From positions 237,151-301,150 of the forward strand of contig JAQGNY010000010.1 in NCBI GenBank assembly GCA_028293825.1: a DNA stretch of 64,000 nucleotides, written 5' to 3'. Shown piece after piece: positions 56,318 to 64,000 of this stretch (the stretch's first letter is position 1; every line of letters starts with the position of its first letter). Below the pieces are notes generated by a model. The model did no database searches, was not told the origin of the DNA, and saw only the letters and a list, made by a program, of their open reading frames with translations. Source of the DNA: Verrucomicrobiaceae bacterium. Its GTDB lineage: Bacteria; Pseudomonadota; Gammaproteobacteria; Pseudomonadales; CAMLJR01. Made by a program: the position numbers and the translations under genes.

Positions 56318-59300
56318 ATGGTGCGGAAGAAGCTTGCCATGGCGATATTGGCATTAAGTGCGCTGCAGGCGAACTTTGCCAATGCGTTGGGCTTGGGTAA
56401 TTTGTCGATCAAGTCGGCACTGAACCAGCCGCTGAATGCGGAAATCAAGCTTCTCGACACCGGCGATCTCGACCCCACTCAGGTCAAAATTCAATTGGCG
56501 GCGCAGGATGATTTCCAGCGCTCCGGTGTGGATCGCGACTATTTCCTGACTAATCTTCGCTTCAATGTCGCCATGGACGGACACGGCGGCGGCAGCATTC
56601 ATATCACCACCAAAGAGCCGGTGGTTGAACCGTATCTAAACTTTGTGATTGAAGCGCGCTGGCCGAACGGCCGTTTGTTGCGTGAATTCGCCGTGCTGTT
56701 AGATCCGCCAACATTCAGCGCCAATAAAGGCGCAAGCCCGGTGGCACCAGCGGTGAGCGCGGCGCAGCCGGCAAAGAAGTCCGCGTTGCAGCCGCCGAGC
56801 GTGACGCCGGAAGCCGCAGCGCCCACCAAATCAGCGCCCGAAACCAGCATGGCGTTGCCGGCAACGAATAAATCGGGCGAATACCGGGTTCAGGTTTACG
56901 ACACACTGTCAAAAATCGCCGCTCGGTATAAGCCGGCGGATGACGTCAGCACAGCGCAAACCATGCTGGCTATTCAACGCTCCAATCCCGACGCGTTTAT
57001 CAATAACAACATTAATTTAATCAAGTCTGGTGCCGTGGTGCGATTGCCGACGGCCGATGAAGCCCGCGCTATTCCTTCCGCGCAAGCTGCTCAAGACGCC
57101 GACGACCAGACTCACGCGTGGCGCGGGGGTGGTGCGCGCACTGCAAGCACGGCGGCACCTGCAGCAACCGGACCTCAGCTCGATGCGAGCGCACCGGAAC
57201 CTTCTAAAGCTGAAGGTGGTTTTCGCGAAAAAGCGCGGCTGTCGATTGCCGCTCCCGGTGGCAGTGAGAAAGCCTCTGCTGGCGAAGGCGCCGCAGGCGG
57301 GAAAGGAAGCGAGGCGCTGCGTAATCAGTTGACGGCCAGTCAAGAAGCGCTCGAAAAAGGTAAGCGCGATAACCGTGAAATGCAGTCCCGACTCGACGAT
57401 ATGGAGCGTCAAATCGCGACGCTGCAACGACTGATTTCGCTTAAAGACGATCAATTGGCCGCGATCCAGACTAAATCGGCAGCGGATAAATCGGCGCCTG
57501 CGACTAAGCCCGCCGAAGCTATCGCAGCTGCGCCAGCAGCGGTTGCTCCTTCCCAGCCCGCACCGGCTCCCGAAACTTCGCCAGCTACAACGCCAGTCGC
57601 ACCGACAGCCGAATCCACTGTAGCTCCGACACCCGTGGCGCAGCCCGCTACCGACGTTGCCGCTAAGCCGGTGTCTGTGCCAGTAGTAACGACCAAGCCC
57701 GCAACTAAGCCAGCTCCAGAGCCTTCACTGATCGATCAGTTGACCGGAAATCCGCTTTATTTAGCGGGTGGCGCAGCGGCGTTGCTGCTGCTGATCGGCG
57801 CCGCCTTTTGGAAGCGCCGCAAAGATGCCGAAGAAGAAGCCGAGCACGAAGACTTCACGTTGGATGACGGTGCAGCATTTCAATTTGCCGCGACCGAGTT
57901 AGACGAAACTGTCGTTAATCAAGATCCTGCAATTGCAGACACACCGGACCACCTCTTTGAGGCGGAAGCTGTCGCTGCCGAGGAGCCGAAAAAGACCGTG
58001 CGCCCGGAAACTGGCGATGCCATTGCCGAATCCGATATTTACATCGCGTACGGACGCTACCAGCAGGCAGTCGATTTGCTCTCGACTGCTATTGATCACG
58101 AGCCGAATCGCACCGATTTGCGTGTGAAGCTGCTCGAAGTCTATGTCGAAATGCGCAACAAAGAGGCTTTTCGCCAACAATTTACCGCGTTGCAGGCGCT
58201 GGGCGACAGCAACGCCGTAGCGCAAGTCAAAGACGTGTTGTCATCGGTCGATGGTGTATCCGATTGGCTCGATGATTTACCGAGTTCAAACTCTGCGTTT
58301 AATACAGCCACCGCTTTTGCTGCTGGCGCAGCCGCGAGCGCGGCAGTCAGCGATTTCCCGCATAACTTCGAGCAGACCAATACGCCGCCGGCGGACGAAT
58401 TGGACGGTGAGCTTGAGCAAAAAACTGACGACGATCTGGAGCTTGATCTCGATTTCGACGCCGCCGATGAGTTGGCTATTTCCGATGCTGAGGAGCTGAC
58501 ACCGCTGGCCGATCTCGATCCGCCGCTTTCCGAGAGTTTTGCCGCCCCGACTACGCCTGTGTTCGAATCCAATTTCGATTTGCCCGCCGAACTCGAAACT
58601 GCGAATTCCGAGCTCGAATTTAACCTCGATCTGGACTCGGACACCGCTGCATCCAGCACGCAGGAGCTATCCGATTTAACGTTCGATTTCGATAGCACGC
58701 CGCCAGCTGCCGCTCCGGCGACAAATTTCAATTTCGATAGTGTCGCGACTGCAGATGATGAAGGTCTTGAGCTTGATTTGGGCGACGACGACCTCGATGA
58801 CATCCTCGGCGAATTCAATGAAGCAGATGGTCTTTCCGATCTGGAGGACTTAGCGCCGAGCGCGCCGGCAGTCAATTTCAATCTGCCGCCGCAAGAACAA
58901 CCGGAAGATTTGGATTTTGGCGCCGAGTTCGATCTGAGCAATGCCAGCGAAGATTTGTCCATTTCACCCGTCGCCGAAATCGATCAATTTGCCGGTTTCG
59001 AAGCGCCGCAGTCACCCGTTCCTGATTTCAACAACACGTTTATTGCTGAAGACTTCAACACGCTTGCTCCAGAAGCAGAGCCGGAGCCCGAAGTTGCGTT
59101 CGACCTGCAACCAGAGCCAGAGCCCTTATCTTTACCAGAGGCCGCGCCCGAGCCGGAGCCGTTAACCGAGCCAGCTTTCACGCCAGCACCAGTGGCCGAG
59201 CAATCGTTCGATGGCGGCGATGATTTCGATTTCCTCAGCGACTCCGACGAAGTGGCCACGAAACTCGATCTCGCGCGTGCCTATATCGATATGGGCGATA

Positions 59301-59395
59301 CCGATGGCGCTCGCGATATTCTCGACGAAGTGCTGCAGGAAGGGACCGATGAGCAGAAACAGGATGCCTCCACGCTGCTCACTCGCATCGGCTGA
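56318..59395 (+). CDS. fimV: FimV-like peptidoglycan-binding (LysM) polar-landmark/type IV pilus assembly protein
   Basis: Signal/TM, conserved N-terminal SALNQPLNAEIKL, LysM (YRVQVYDTLSKIAARY...AVVRLP), central TM, TPR, a long acidic region and the C-terminal FimV motif LDLARAYIDMGDTDGARDILDEV. Confidence 0.88.
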   Translation: MVRKKLAMAILALSALQANFANALGLGNLSIKSALNQPLNAEIKLLDTGDLDPTQVKIQLAAQDDFQRSGVDRDYFLTNLRFNVAMDGHGGGSIHITTKEPVVEPYLNFVIEARWPNGRLLREFAVLLDPPTFSANKGASPVAPAVSAAQPAKKSALQPPSVTPEAAAPTKSAPETSMALPATNKSGEYRVQVYDTLSKIAARYKPADDVSTAQTMLAIQRSNPDAFINNNINLIKSGAVVRLPTADEARAIPSAQAAQDADDQTHAWRGGGARTASTAAPAATGPQLDASAPEPSKAEGGFREKARLSIAAPGGSEKASAGEGAAGGKGSEALRNQLTASQEALEKGKRDNREMQSRLDDMERQIATLQRLISLKDDQLAAIQTKSAADKSAPATKPAEAIAAAPAAVAPSQPAPAPETSPATTPVAPTAESTVAPTPVAQPATDVAAKPVSVPVVTTKPATKPAPEPSLIDQLTGNPLYLAGGAAALLLLIGAAFWKRRKDAEEEAEHEDFTLDDGAAFQFAATELDETVVNQDPAIADTPDHLFEAEAVAAEEPKKTVRPETGDAIAESDIYIAYGRYQQAVDLLSTAIDHEPNRTDLRVKLLEVYVEMRNKEAFRQQFTALQALGDSNAVAQVKDVLSSVDGVSDWLDDLPSSNSAFNTATAFAAGAAASAAVSDFPHNFEQTNTPPADELDGELEQKTDDDLELDLDFDAADELAISDAEELTPLADLDPPLSESFAAPTTPVFESNFDLPAELETANSELEFNLDLDSDTAASSTQELSDLTFDFDSTPPAAAPATNFNFDSVATADDEGLELDLGDDDLDDILGEFNEADGLSDLEDLAPSAPAVNFNLPPQEQPEDLDFGAEFDLSNASEDLSISPVAEIDQFAGFEAPQSPVPDFNNTFIAEDFNTLAPEAEPEPEVAFDLQPEPEPLSLPEAAPEPEPLTEPAFTPAPVAEQSFDGGDDFDFLSDSDEVATKLDLARAYIDMGDTDGARDILDEVLQEGTDEQKQDASTLLTRIG

Positions 59396-59397
59396 GT

Positions 59398-60240
59398 ATG
59401 TCGGAGTCGTTGCTGGCAGCGCAGTTTGCTGCCGCTGAGCGCATTGCGTTAGCCGTCGAATACGACGGCAGCGGTTTCTTCGGTTGGCAGGCACAGCGCA
59501 ATATGCAGCTGCCAACCGTTCAGGAAACGCTGGAAACAGCACTCAGCAAAATCGCCGCAGCGCCAATCCAGGTAGTTTGTGCGGGCCGCACCGATACCGG
59601 CGTGCATGGCTCCCATCAAATTGTACATTTCGAACCAACCGTGGTCCGCGAAGAAAAGGCTTGGGTGCTGGGCGGTAATACCCTGTTGCCAGCCAGCATT
59701 ACGATTAAATGGGCGACGCCCGTTCCTGCCGATTTCCACGCTCGCTTTTCAGCCATCGCCCGGCGCTATCGCTACGTCATTTATAACTCGCCGCGTCGCT
59801 CGGCCCATTTGCCGCGGCTGAGCTCGCACATTCCCTATGCGCTCGACGCGAACCTTATGCATTCGGAAGCACAGAGCTTGCTCGGCGAGGGGGATTTCAC
59901 CTCCTTTCGCGGCGCCGGTTGTCAGGCTAAATCGGCGACTCGCACGGTACATTTCATTGAGGTAAAACGCTTCGGCGATTTTATTGTTGTCGATATCCAA
60001 GCCAATGCGTTTTTGCTACACATGGTGCGCAATATCGTCGGCACGTTGCTCGCGGTCGGACGCGGTCGCCAACCACCCGGTTGGACTGCGCAGGTGTTCG
60101 CGGCATGCGATCGCAAGTTGGCGGCGGCCACAGCGCATCCGCAGGGCCTTTATTTGGTCGATGTACTTTATCCAGAGCAGTTCGTGTTGCCGCGTAGTCT
60201 GCTCGGCCCGGCTTTTATCAATCTGGCAATGCCCAATTAA
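59398..60240 (+). CDS. truA: tRNA pseudouridine(38-40) synthase TruA
   Basis: EYDGSGFFGWQ, CAGRTDTGVHG (catalytic Asp), FLLHMVRNIVG. Confidence 0.96.
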   Translation: MSESLLAAQFAAAERIALAVEYDGSGFFGWQAQRNMQLPTVQETLETALSKIAAAPIQVVCAGRTDTGVHGSHQIVHFEPTVVREEKAWVLGGNTLLPASITIKWATPVPADFHARFSAIARRYRYVIYNSPRRSAHLPRLSSHIPYALDANLMHSEAQSLLGEGDFTSFRGAGCQAKSATRTVHFIEVKRFGDFIVVDIQANAFLLHMVRNIVGTLLAVGRGRQPPGWTAQVFAACDRKLAAATAHPQGLYLVDVLYPEQFVLPRSLLGPAFINLAMPN

Positions 60241-60359
60241 ATAACGACGCATACGTTTGCGCGGAACGGATGCGATCTTCGCTTGGCGGTGCTTAACGGA
60301 AGACAGTAAAGCGAGCGATCTGGTAGGATTCGCCTTTCATTTTTCCAGCCGGCACGTTC

Positions 60360-61010
60360 ATGGGCTTGCGCCGAACCCGTATTAAAATCTGTGGAATTTC
60401 CCAAGTCGATGATGCGCTGGCGGCCGCTTTCGCGGGCGCCGATGCTATCGGTTTGGTGTTTCATGCAAGCAGTCCGCGCGTGGTGAATGTGGAGCAGGCC
60501 GCGGAAATCTGCGCGGCGCTGCCGCCGTTTGTGACCGCTGTGGGGTTGTTTGTTAACGCGTCCGTTGAGGCGGTAAACAATGTGCTGCATCGCGTGCCAC
60601 TGACCGCGTTGCAATTTCACGGCGATGAAACACCCGAGTACTGCCGGCAGTTTGCGCGCCCTTATTTAAAGGCGCTGCGGATGCGCGACGAGCTGGATGT
60701 TTTGGCTGCCGCACAGGAATTTAACGAAGCGAGTGGGCTGTTACTCGATACGTATCGCGCCGGCGTTGCGGGCGGCACAGGCGAGATTTTCGATTGGCAG
60801 CGGGTGCCGCATGAATTGGCCTCGCGCATCGTGCTCGCCGGCGGGCTCAACGCGGACAATGTCGGCGCTGCCATCGCGCAAGTTCGTCCTTACGCGGTTG
60901 ATGTGAGCGGCGGCGTTGAATCCGCGCCCGGTGTCAAAGACGTACATAGAATTCAATCCTTTGTCGCGGCGGTGCGCCGTGCCGATCAACTGGAGCACAG
61001 TAGTGACTGA
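60360..61010 (+). CDS. trpF: Phosphoribosylanthranilate isomerase
   Basis: [34 protein letters not shown]. Confidence 0.92.
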   Translation: MGLRRTRIKICGISQVDDALAAAFAGADAIGLVFHASSPRVVNVEQAAEICAALPPFVTAVGLFVNASVEAVNNVLHRVPLTALQFHGDETPEYCRQFARPYLKALRMRDELDVLAAAQEFNEASGLLLDTYRAGVAGGTGEIFDWQRVPHELASRIVLAGGLNADNVGAAIAQVRPYAVDVSGGVESAPGVKDVHRIQSFVAAVRRADQLEHSSD

Positions 61011-62226
61011 TTTAACGTCCAATGCCATTGATTATGCAGCCGTGCCCGATGCGCGCGGGCATTTCGGAATTTACGGTGGTAAGTTCGTCTCCGAAACATT
61101 GATGTTTGCACTCGATGAACTCGAAACTGCCTACAAAAAATTATCCGCCGATGCGGGCTTTCGCGCCGAATTCGATCGCGATCTTGCCCATTACGTCGGC
61201 CGCCCATCGCCGCTTTATCATGCCGAGCGCTGGAGCAAAATGCTCGGCGGTGCGCAGATTTATTTGAAGCGAGAAGACCTCAATCACACCGGCGCGCACA
61301 AAGTTAACAACACCGTCGGCCAGGGTTTGCTCGCGAAATACATGGGCAAAAAGCGCGTGATCGCCGAAACCGGCGCCGGTCAGCATGGCGTCGCATCGGC
61401 GACTATCGCTGCACGCTTCGGCATGGAATGTCAGGTCTACATGGGCGAGGAAGACGTGCGTCGTCAATCGCTCAATGTGTATCGGATGAAACTGCTGGGC
61501 GCAGAAGTAATCCCGGTGAAATCCGGTTCGCGCACATTAAAAGATGCGATGAACGAAGCGCTGCGCGATTGGGTTACCAACGTCGATGATACGTTTTACA
61601 TTATCGGCACCGTCGCCGGCCCGCATCCATATCCGAAACTCGTGCGCGATTTTCAATCCATTATTGGCCGCGAAGCGCGCGAGCAATGTCAGACGCAAAC
61701 CGGTAAATTGCCCGACGCGTTAGTTGCTTGTGTGGGCGGTGGCTCCAATGCCATCGGTTTGTTTTATCCCTTCCTCACCGATGGCGGCGTGCAAATGTAC
61801 GGCGTTGAAGCGGGCGGGCACGGCATTGAAACCGGTCGCCATGCGGCGCCGTTGAGCGCAGGGCAACCCGGAATTCTGCACGGCAATCGCACGTATTTAA
61901 TGCAGGATGATGCCGGCCAGATTATCGAAACGCATTCGGTATCCGCGGGTTTGGATTATCCCGGCGTCGGTCCCGAGCATTCATGGTTAAAAGATATCGG
62001 CCGCGTGAACTACGTATCGATCAACGATGAAGAAGCGCTGACAGCATTCCGCCAGCTCACGCGCATCGAAGGTATTATGCCGGCACTGGAATCGGCGCAC
62101 GCACTGGCGTACGTCGAAAAACTCGCGCCGCGCATGCGCAAAGATCAAATCATCATCGCGAATTTATCCGGTCGCGGCGATAAAGATATTCACACGGTCG
62201 CCAACCTTGATGGCATTACGTTGTAA
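61003..62226 (+). CDS. trpB: Tryptophan synthase beta chain
   Basis: [29 protein letters not shown] (PLP Lys), [11 protein letters not shown] 61003 overlaps the trpF stop by 8 nt; the ORF-track start at 60916 lies inside trpF. Confidence 0.95.
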   Translation: MTDLTSNAIDYAAVPDARGHFGIYGGKFVSETLMFALDELETAYKKLSADAGFRAEFDRDLAHYVGRPSPLYHAERWSKMLGGAQIYLKREDLNHTGAHKVNNTVGQGLLAKYMGKKRVIAETGAGQHGVASATIAARFGMECQVYMGEEDVRRQSLNVYRMKLLGAEVIPVKSGSRTLKDAMNEALRDWVTNVDDTFYIIGTVAGPHPYPKLVRDFQSIIGREAREQCQTQTGKLPDALVACVGGGSNAIGLFYPFLTDGGVQMYGVEAGGHGIETGRHAAPLSAGQPGILHGNRTYLMQDDAGQIIETHSVSAGLDYPGVGPEHSWLKDIGRVNYVSINDEEALTAFRQLTRIEGIMPALESAHALAYVEKLAPRMRKDQIIIANLSGRGDKDIHTVANLDGITL

Positions 62227-62300
62227 TTTCATTTTATCTCGACCTGTCGCAATAAAATTCGGTGTGACAGTCGATGTCGATGTGAATTAGTACAGAGGAT

Positions 62301-63122
62301 TTGTCGTTGAGTCGAATTACTAGCAAGTTGGCGCAGCTGCACGCGCAACAACGCAAAGCAGTTGTGCCATATATTGTCGCCGGCGATCCGCAGCTCGCTG
62401 TGACCGTGCCGTTGATGCACGCATTGGTGGAAGTGGGCGCCGATATTATCGAGCTCGGTGTGCCATTTTCCGATCCGATGGCGGAAGGTCCAGTCATTCA
62501 ACTGGCGCATGAACGCGCGCTGTTGCATCGCACTAGTTTGCGCAATATTTTCGAGTTGGTTGCCGAATTTCGGCGCAGCGATAACGCGACGCCAGTGGTG
62601 CTGATGGGTTATGCGAATCCCGTCGAGCATATGGGCTATGCGGTATTTGCCGATGCGGCAGTTGCGGCTGGGGTCGATGGTTTGTTGACCGTCGATATGC
62701 CGCCGGAAGAAGCCGACGAACTCAACGCACATTTAAAACGCGTCGGTATCGACAATATTTTCCTGTTGGCGCCGACCACCACCGATCAACGCATTCGCGC
62801 AATCGCGGAACTCGCGAGCGGCTATTTGTACTGCGTATCGCTGAAAGGGGTGACCGGTGCAGGCAATCTCGATGTCGATGCAGTGAGCACGATGTTGCAA
62901 CGCATTAAAGCGATAACCGATTTGCCCGTAACGGTTGGCTTCGGTATCAAAGACGCCGCATCGGCAAAATCTGTCGCGCGATTAACTGAAGGTGTCGTCA
63001 TCGGCAGCGCGCTTGTCGATCGCGTCGCGCAGTCCGCGAAACAAAATAAAGCCGGTGCCGATTTAATTGCGAGCGCTGCCGCGTTGATCGCCGAAATTCG
63101 CGGCGCTGTCGACTCCATCTAA
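62301..63122 (+). CDS. trpA: Tryptophan synthase alpha chain
   Basis: AVVPYIVAGDP, IELGVPFSDPMAEGPVIQ, GYLYCVSLKGVTG, VGFGI. TTG start. Confidence 0.94.
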   Translation: MSLSRITSKLAQLHAQQRKAVVPYIVAGDPQLAVTVPLMHALVEVGADIIELGVPFSDPMAEGPVIQLAHERALLHRTSLRNIFELVAEFRRSDNATPVVLMGYANPVEHMGYAVFADAAVAAGVDGLLTVDMPPEEADELNAHLKRVGIDNIFLLAPTTTDQRIRAIAELASGYLYCVSLKGVTGAGNLDVDAVSTMLQRIKAITDLPVTVGFGIKDAASAKSVARLTEGVVIGSALVDRVAQSAKQNKAGADLIASAAALIAEIRGAVDSI

Positions 63123-63140
63123 TTCTGACGAGGTTCACCC

Positions 63141-64000
63141 ATGAACTGGATCGATAAACTTGTTCCGGCATTAACGCGCTCCGACGCCAAAGAGCGACGT
63201 GCCTCCGCAGTGCCGGAAGGCTTGTGGAAAAAGTGCCCGAAATGTGAAGCGGTTTTATATCGCCCCGAGCTCGAAAAAAATTCCGACGTATGTCCGAAGT
63301 GCGATCACCACATGCGTATCGGCGCGCGCTTACGGCTCGATCATTTTCTCGATAAAGACGGTCGGCAAGAGCTATTCACCGATGTAAAACCGATCGATCG
63401 ACTCAAATTTAAAGACATTAAAAAATACAAAGATCGCTTGATTCAGGCACAGAAAGAAACCGGCGAGCAGGACGCTTTAATTGCAATGCGCGGCTCGCTG
63501 GAATTAATGCCGATCGTGGTCGCCGCGTTTGAGTTTAATTTTCACGGCGGCTCGATGGGTTATGTCGTCGGCGAGAAATTCACGCGCGCAGCTAATTTCG
63601 CGCTTGAGAACAAAATCCCGTTCGTGTGCTTTTCCGCTTCGGGCGGTGCGCGTATGCAGGAAGCGTTGATCTCGCTGATGCAGATGGCGAAAACCAGCGC
63701 GGTGCTCGAGCGGTTACGGCAACACGGCGTGCCGTATATCTCGGTGCTGACCGATCCAATTTACGGTGGCGTTTCGGCCAGTCTTGCATTGCTTGGCGAT
63801 ATCAACATTGCTGAACCGGCTGCGCGCGCCGGTTTTGCCGGCCCGAATATTATCGAGCAAACGATTCGCCAAAAATTACCGCCCGGTTTTCAGCGCAGCG
63901 AATTTTTGCTCGAGCACGGCGCCATCGATATGATCGTTCACCGTCACGCGCTGCGCGATACGATTGCGCGATTGCTGGCCAAGCTAACGCATCAGTCAAT
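63141..64000 (+). CDS. accD: Acetyl-CoA carboxylase carboxyltransferase beta subunit, 5' part (runs off the window)
   Basis: Manual translation from ATG 63141 gives [11 protein letters not shown]...[38 protein letters not shown] (Zn ribbon), then GGSMG and GGARMQEAL. There is no stop before nt 64000, so it is absent from the ORF track. Confidence 0.92.
   Translation, partial: MNWIDKLVPALTRSDAKERRASAVPEGLWKKCPKCEAVLYRPELEKNSDVCPKCDHHMRIGARLRLDHFLDKDGRQELFTDVKPIDRLKFKDIKKYKDRLIQAQKETGEQDALIAMRGSLELMPIVVAAFEFNFHGGSMGYVVGEKFTRAANFALENKIPFVCFSASGGARMQEALISLMQMAKTSAVLERLRQHGVPYISVLTDPIYGGVSASLALLGDINIAEPAARAGFAGPNIIEQTIRQKLPPGFQRSEFLLEHGAIDMIVHRHALRDTIARLLAKLTHQS

Noticed and set aside
58141-58962. 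273-aa Ser-rich minus-strand ORF
   Set aside because: It is the reverse complement of the GAx/GAC-rich acidic repeat region of fimV. Poly-Ser is the expected antisense artefact.
60916-61002. ORF-track N-terminal extensions (trpB from 60916; also pgaD from 47427, NmrA-like from 19488, thiolase to 13779, MOSC to 42022, asd from 54025)
   Set aside because: The extensions overlap upstream genes or lack homology. The conserved N-termini begin at internal ATG/GTG codons with better RBS or translational-coupling context.
62227-62300. 74-nt gap and TTG start separating trpB and trpA, instead of the usual translational coupling
   Set aside because: The TrpA N-terminus (SRITSKLAQL...VVPYIVAGDP) aligns with canonical TrpA from the TTG codon. 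The gap shows no structure or ORF. Judged an ordinary lineage variation.
62229-62732. 167-aa minus-strand ORF
   Set aside because: It is antisense to trpA, which has canonical tryptophan synthase alpha motifs.
1-64000. Scan for CRISPR arrays, rRNA genes, IS elements/transposases, integrases, prophage genes
   Set aside because: I saw no regularly spaced direct repeats, no rRNA-like sequence and no DDE/tyrosine-recombinase-like ORFs among the translated ORFs. This was a by-eye scan, so short or degenerate elements could have been missed.

Overview
This is a 64-kb chromosomal segment of a Gram-negative, gammaproteobacterial-type genome; the species cannot be identified from the sequence alone. 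Two blocks are ordinary housekeeping synteny. The first is trmJ-iscR-iscS-ndk-rlmN-pilW-rodZ-ispG-hisS-yfgM-bamB-der (1-12 kb). The second is leuC-leuD-methyltransferase-leuB-asd-usg-fimV-truA-trpF-trpB-trpA-accD (50-64 kb). pstSCAB-phoU and a tRNA-Ser(GGA) lie at 35.9-41 kb. Several less conserved sets lie between these blocks. (a) A cold-shock-like gene, a thiolase, a GlxA-type AraC regulator and a FabY-type ketoacyl synthase (12-17 kb). (b) A PilZ / HD-GYP c-di-GMP pair next to a 1154-codon single-polypeptide fusion of a GH18-like domain, a CE4 deacetylase and a processive GT2 synthase (17-24 kb). (c) A TetR/HxlR-flanked set of redox enzymes: CrtI-like flavoenzyme, two SDRs, an LLM oxidoreductase and a SnoaL-like protein (24-32 kb). 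(d) An AT-rich patch of orphan genes at 32-35.7 kb: a PPP-type phosphatase convergent with a multi-TM protein, and a 2-3 gene orphan operon whose first product carries an Rx4H HEPN-like motif. (e) A pgaA-pgaC-pgaD operon with no pgaB, followed by a PEP-CTERM protein (43.9-48.8 kb). I recognised no rRNA, CRISPR array, transposase or integrase. The best candidates for undescribed biology are the orphan patch (d), the three-domain synthase fusion (b) and the pgaB-less pga locus (e). All functional calls rest on by-eye motif and synteny recognition and need HMM or structure searches.
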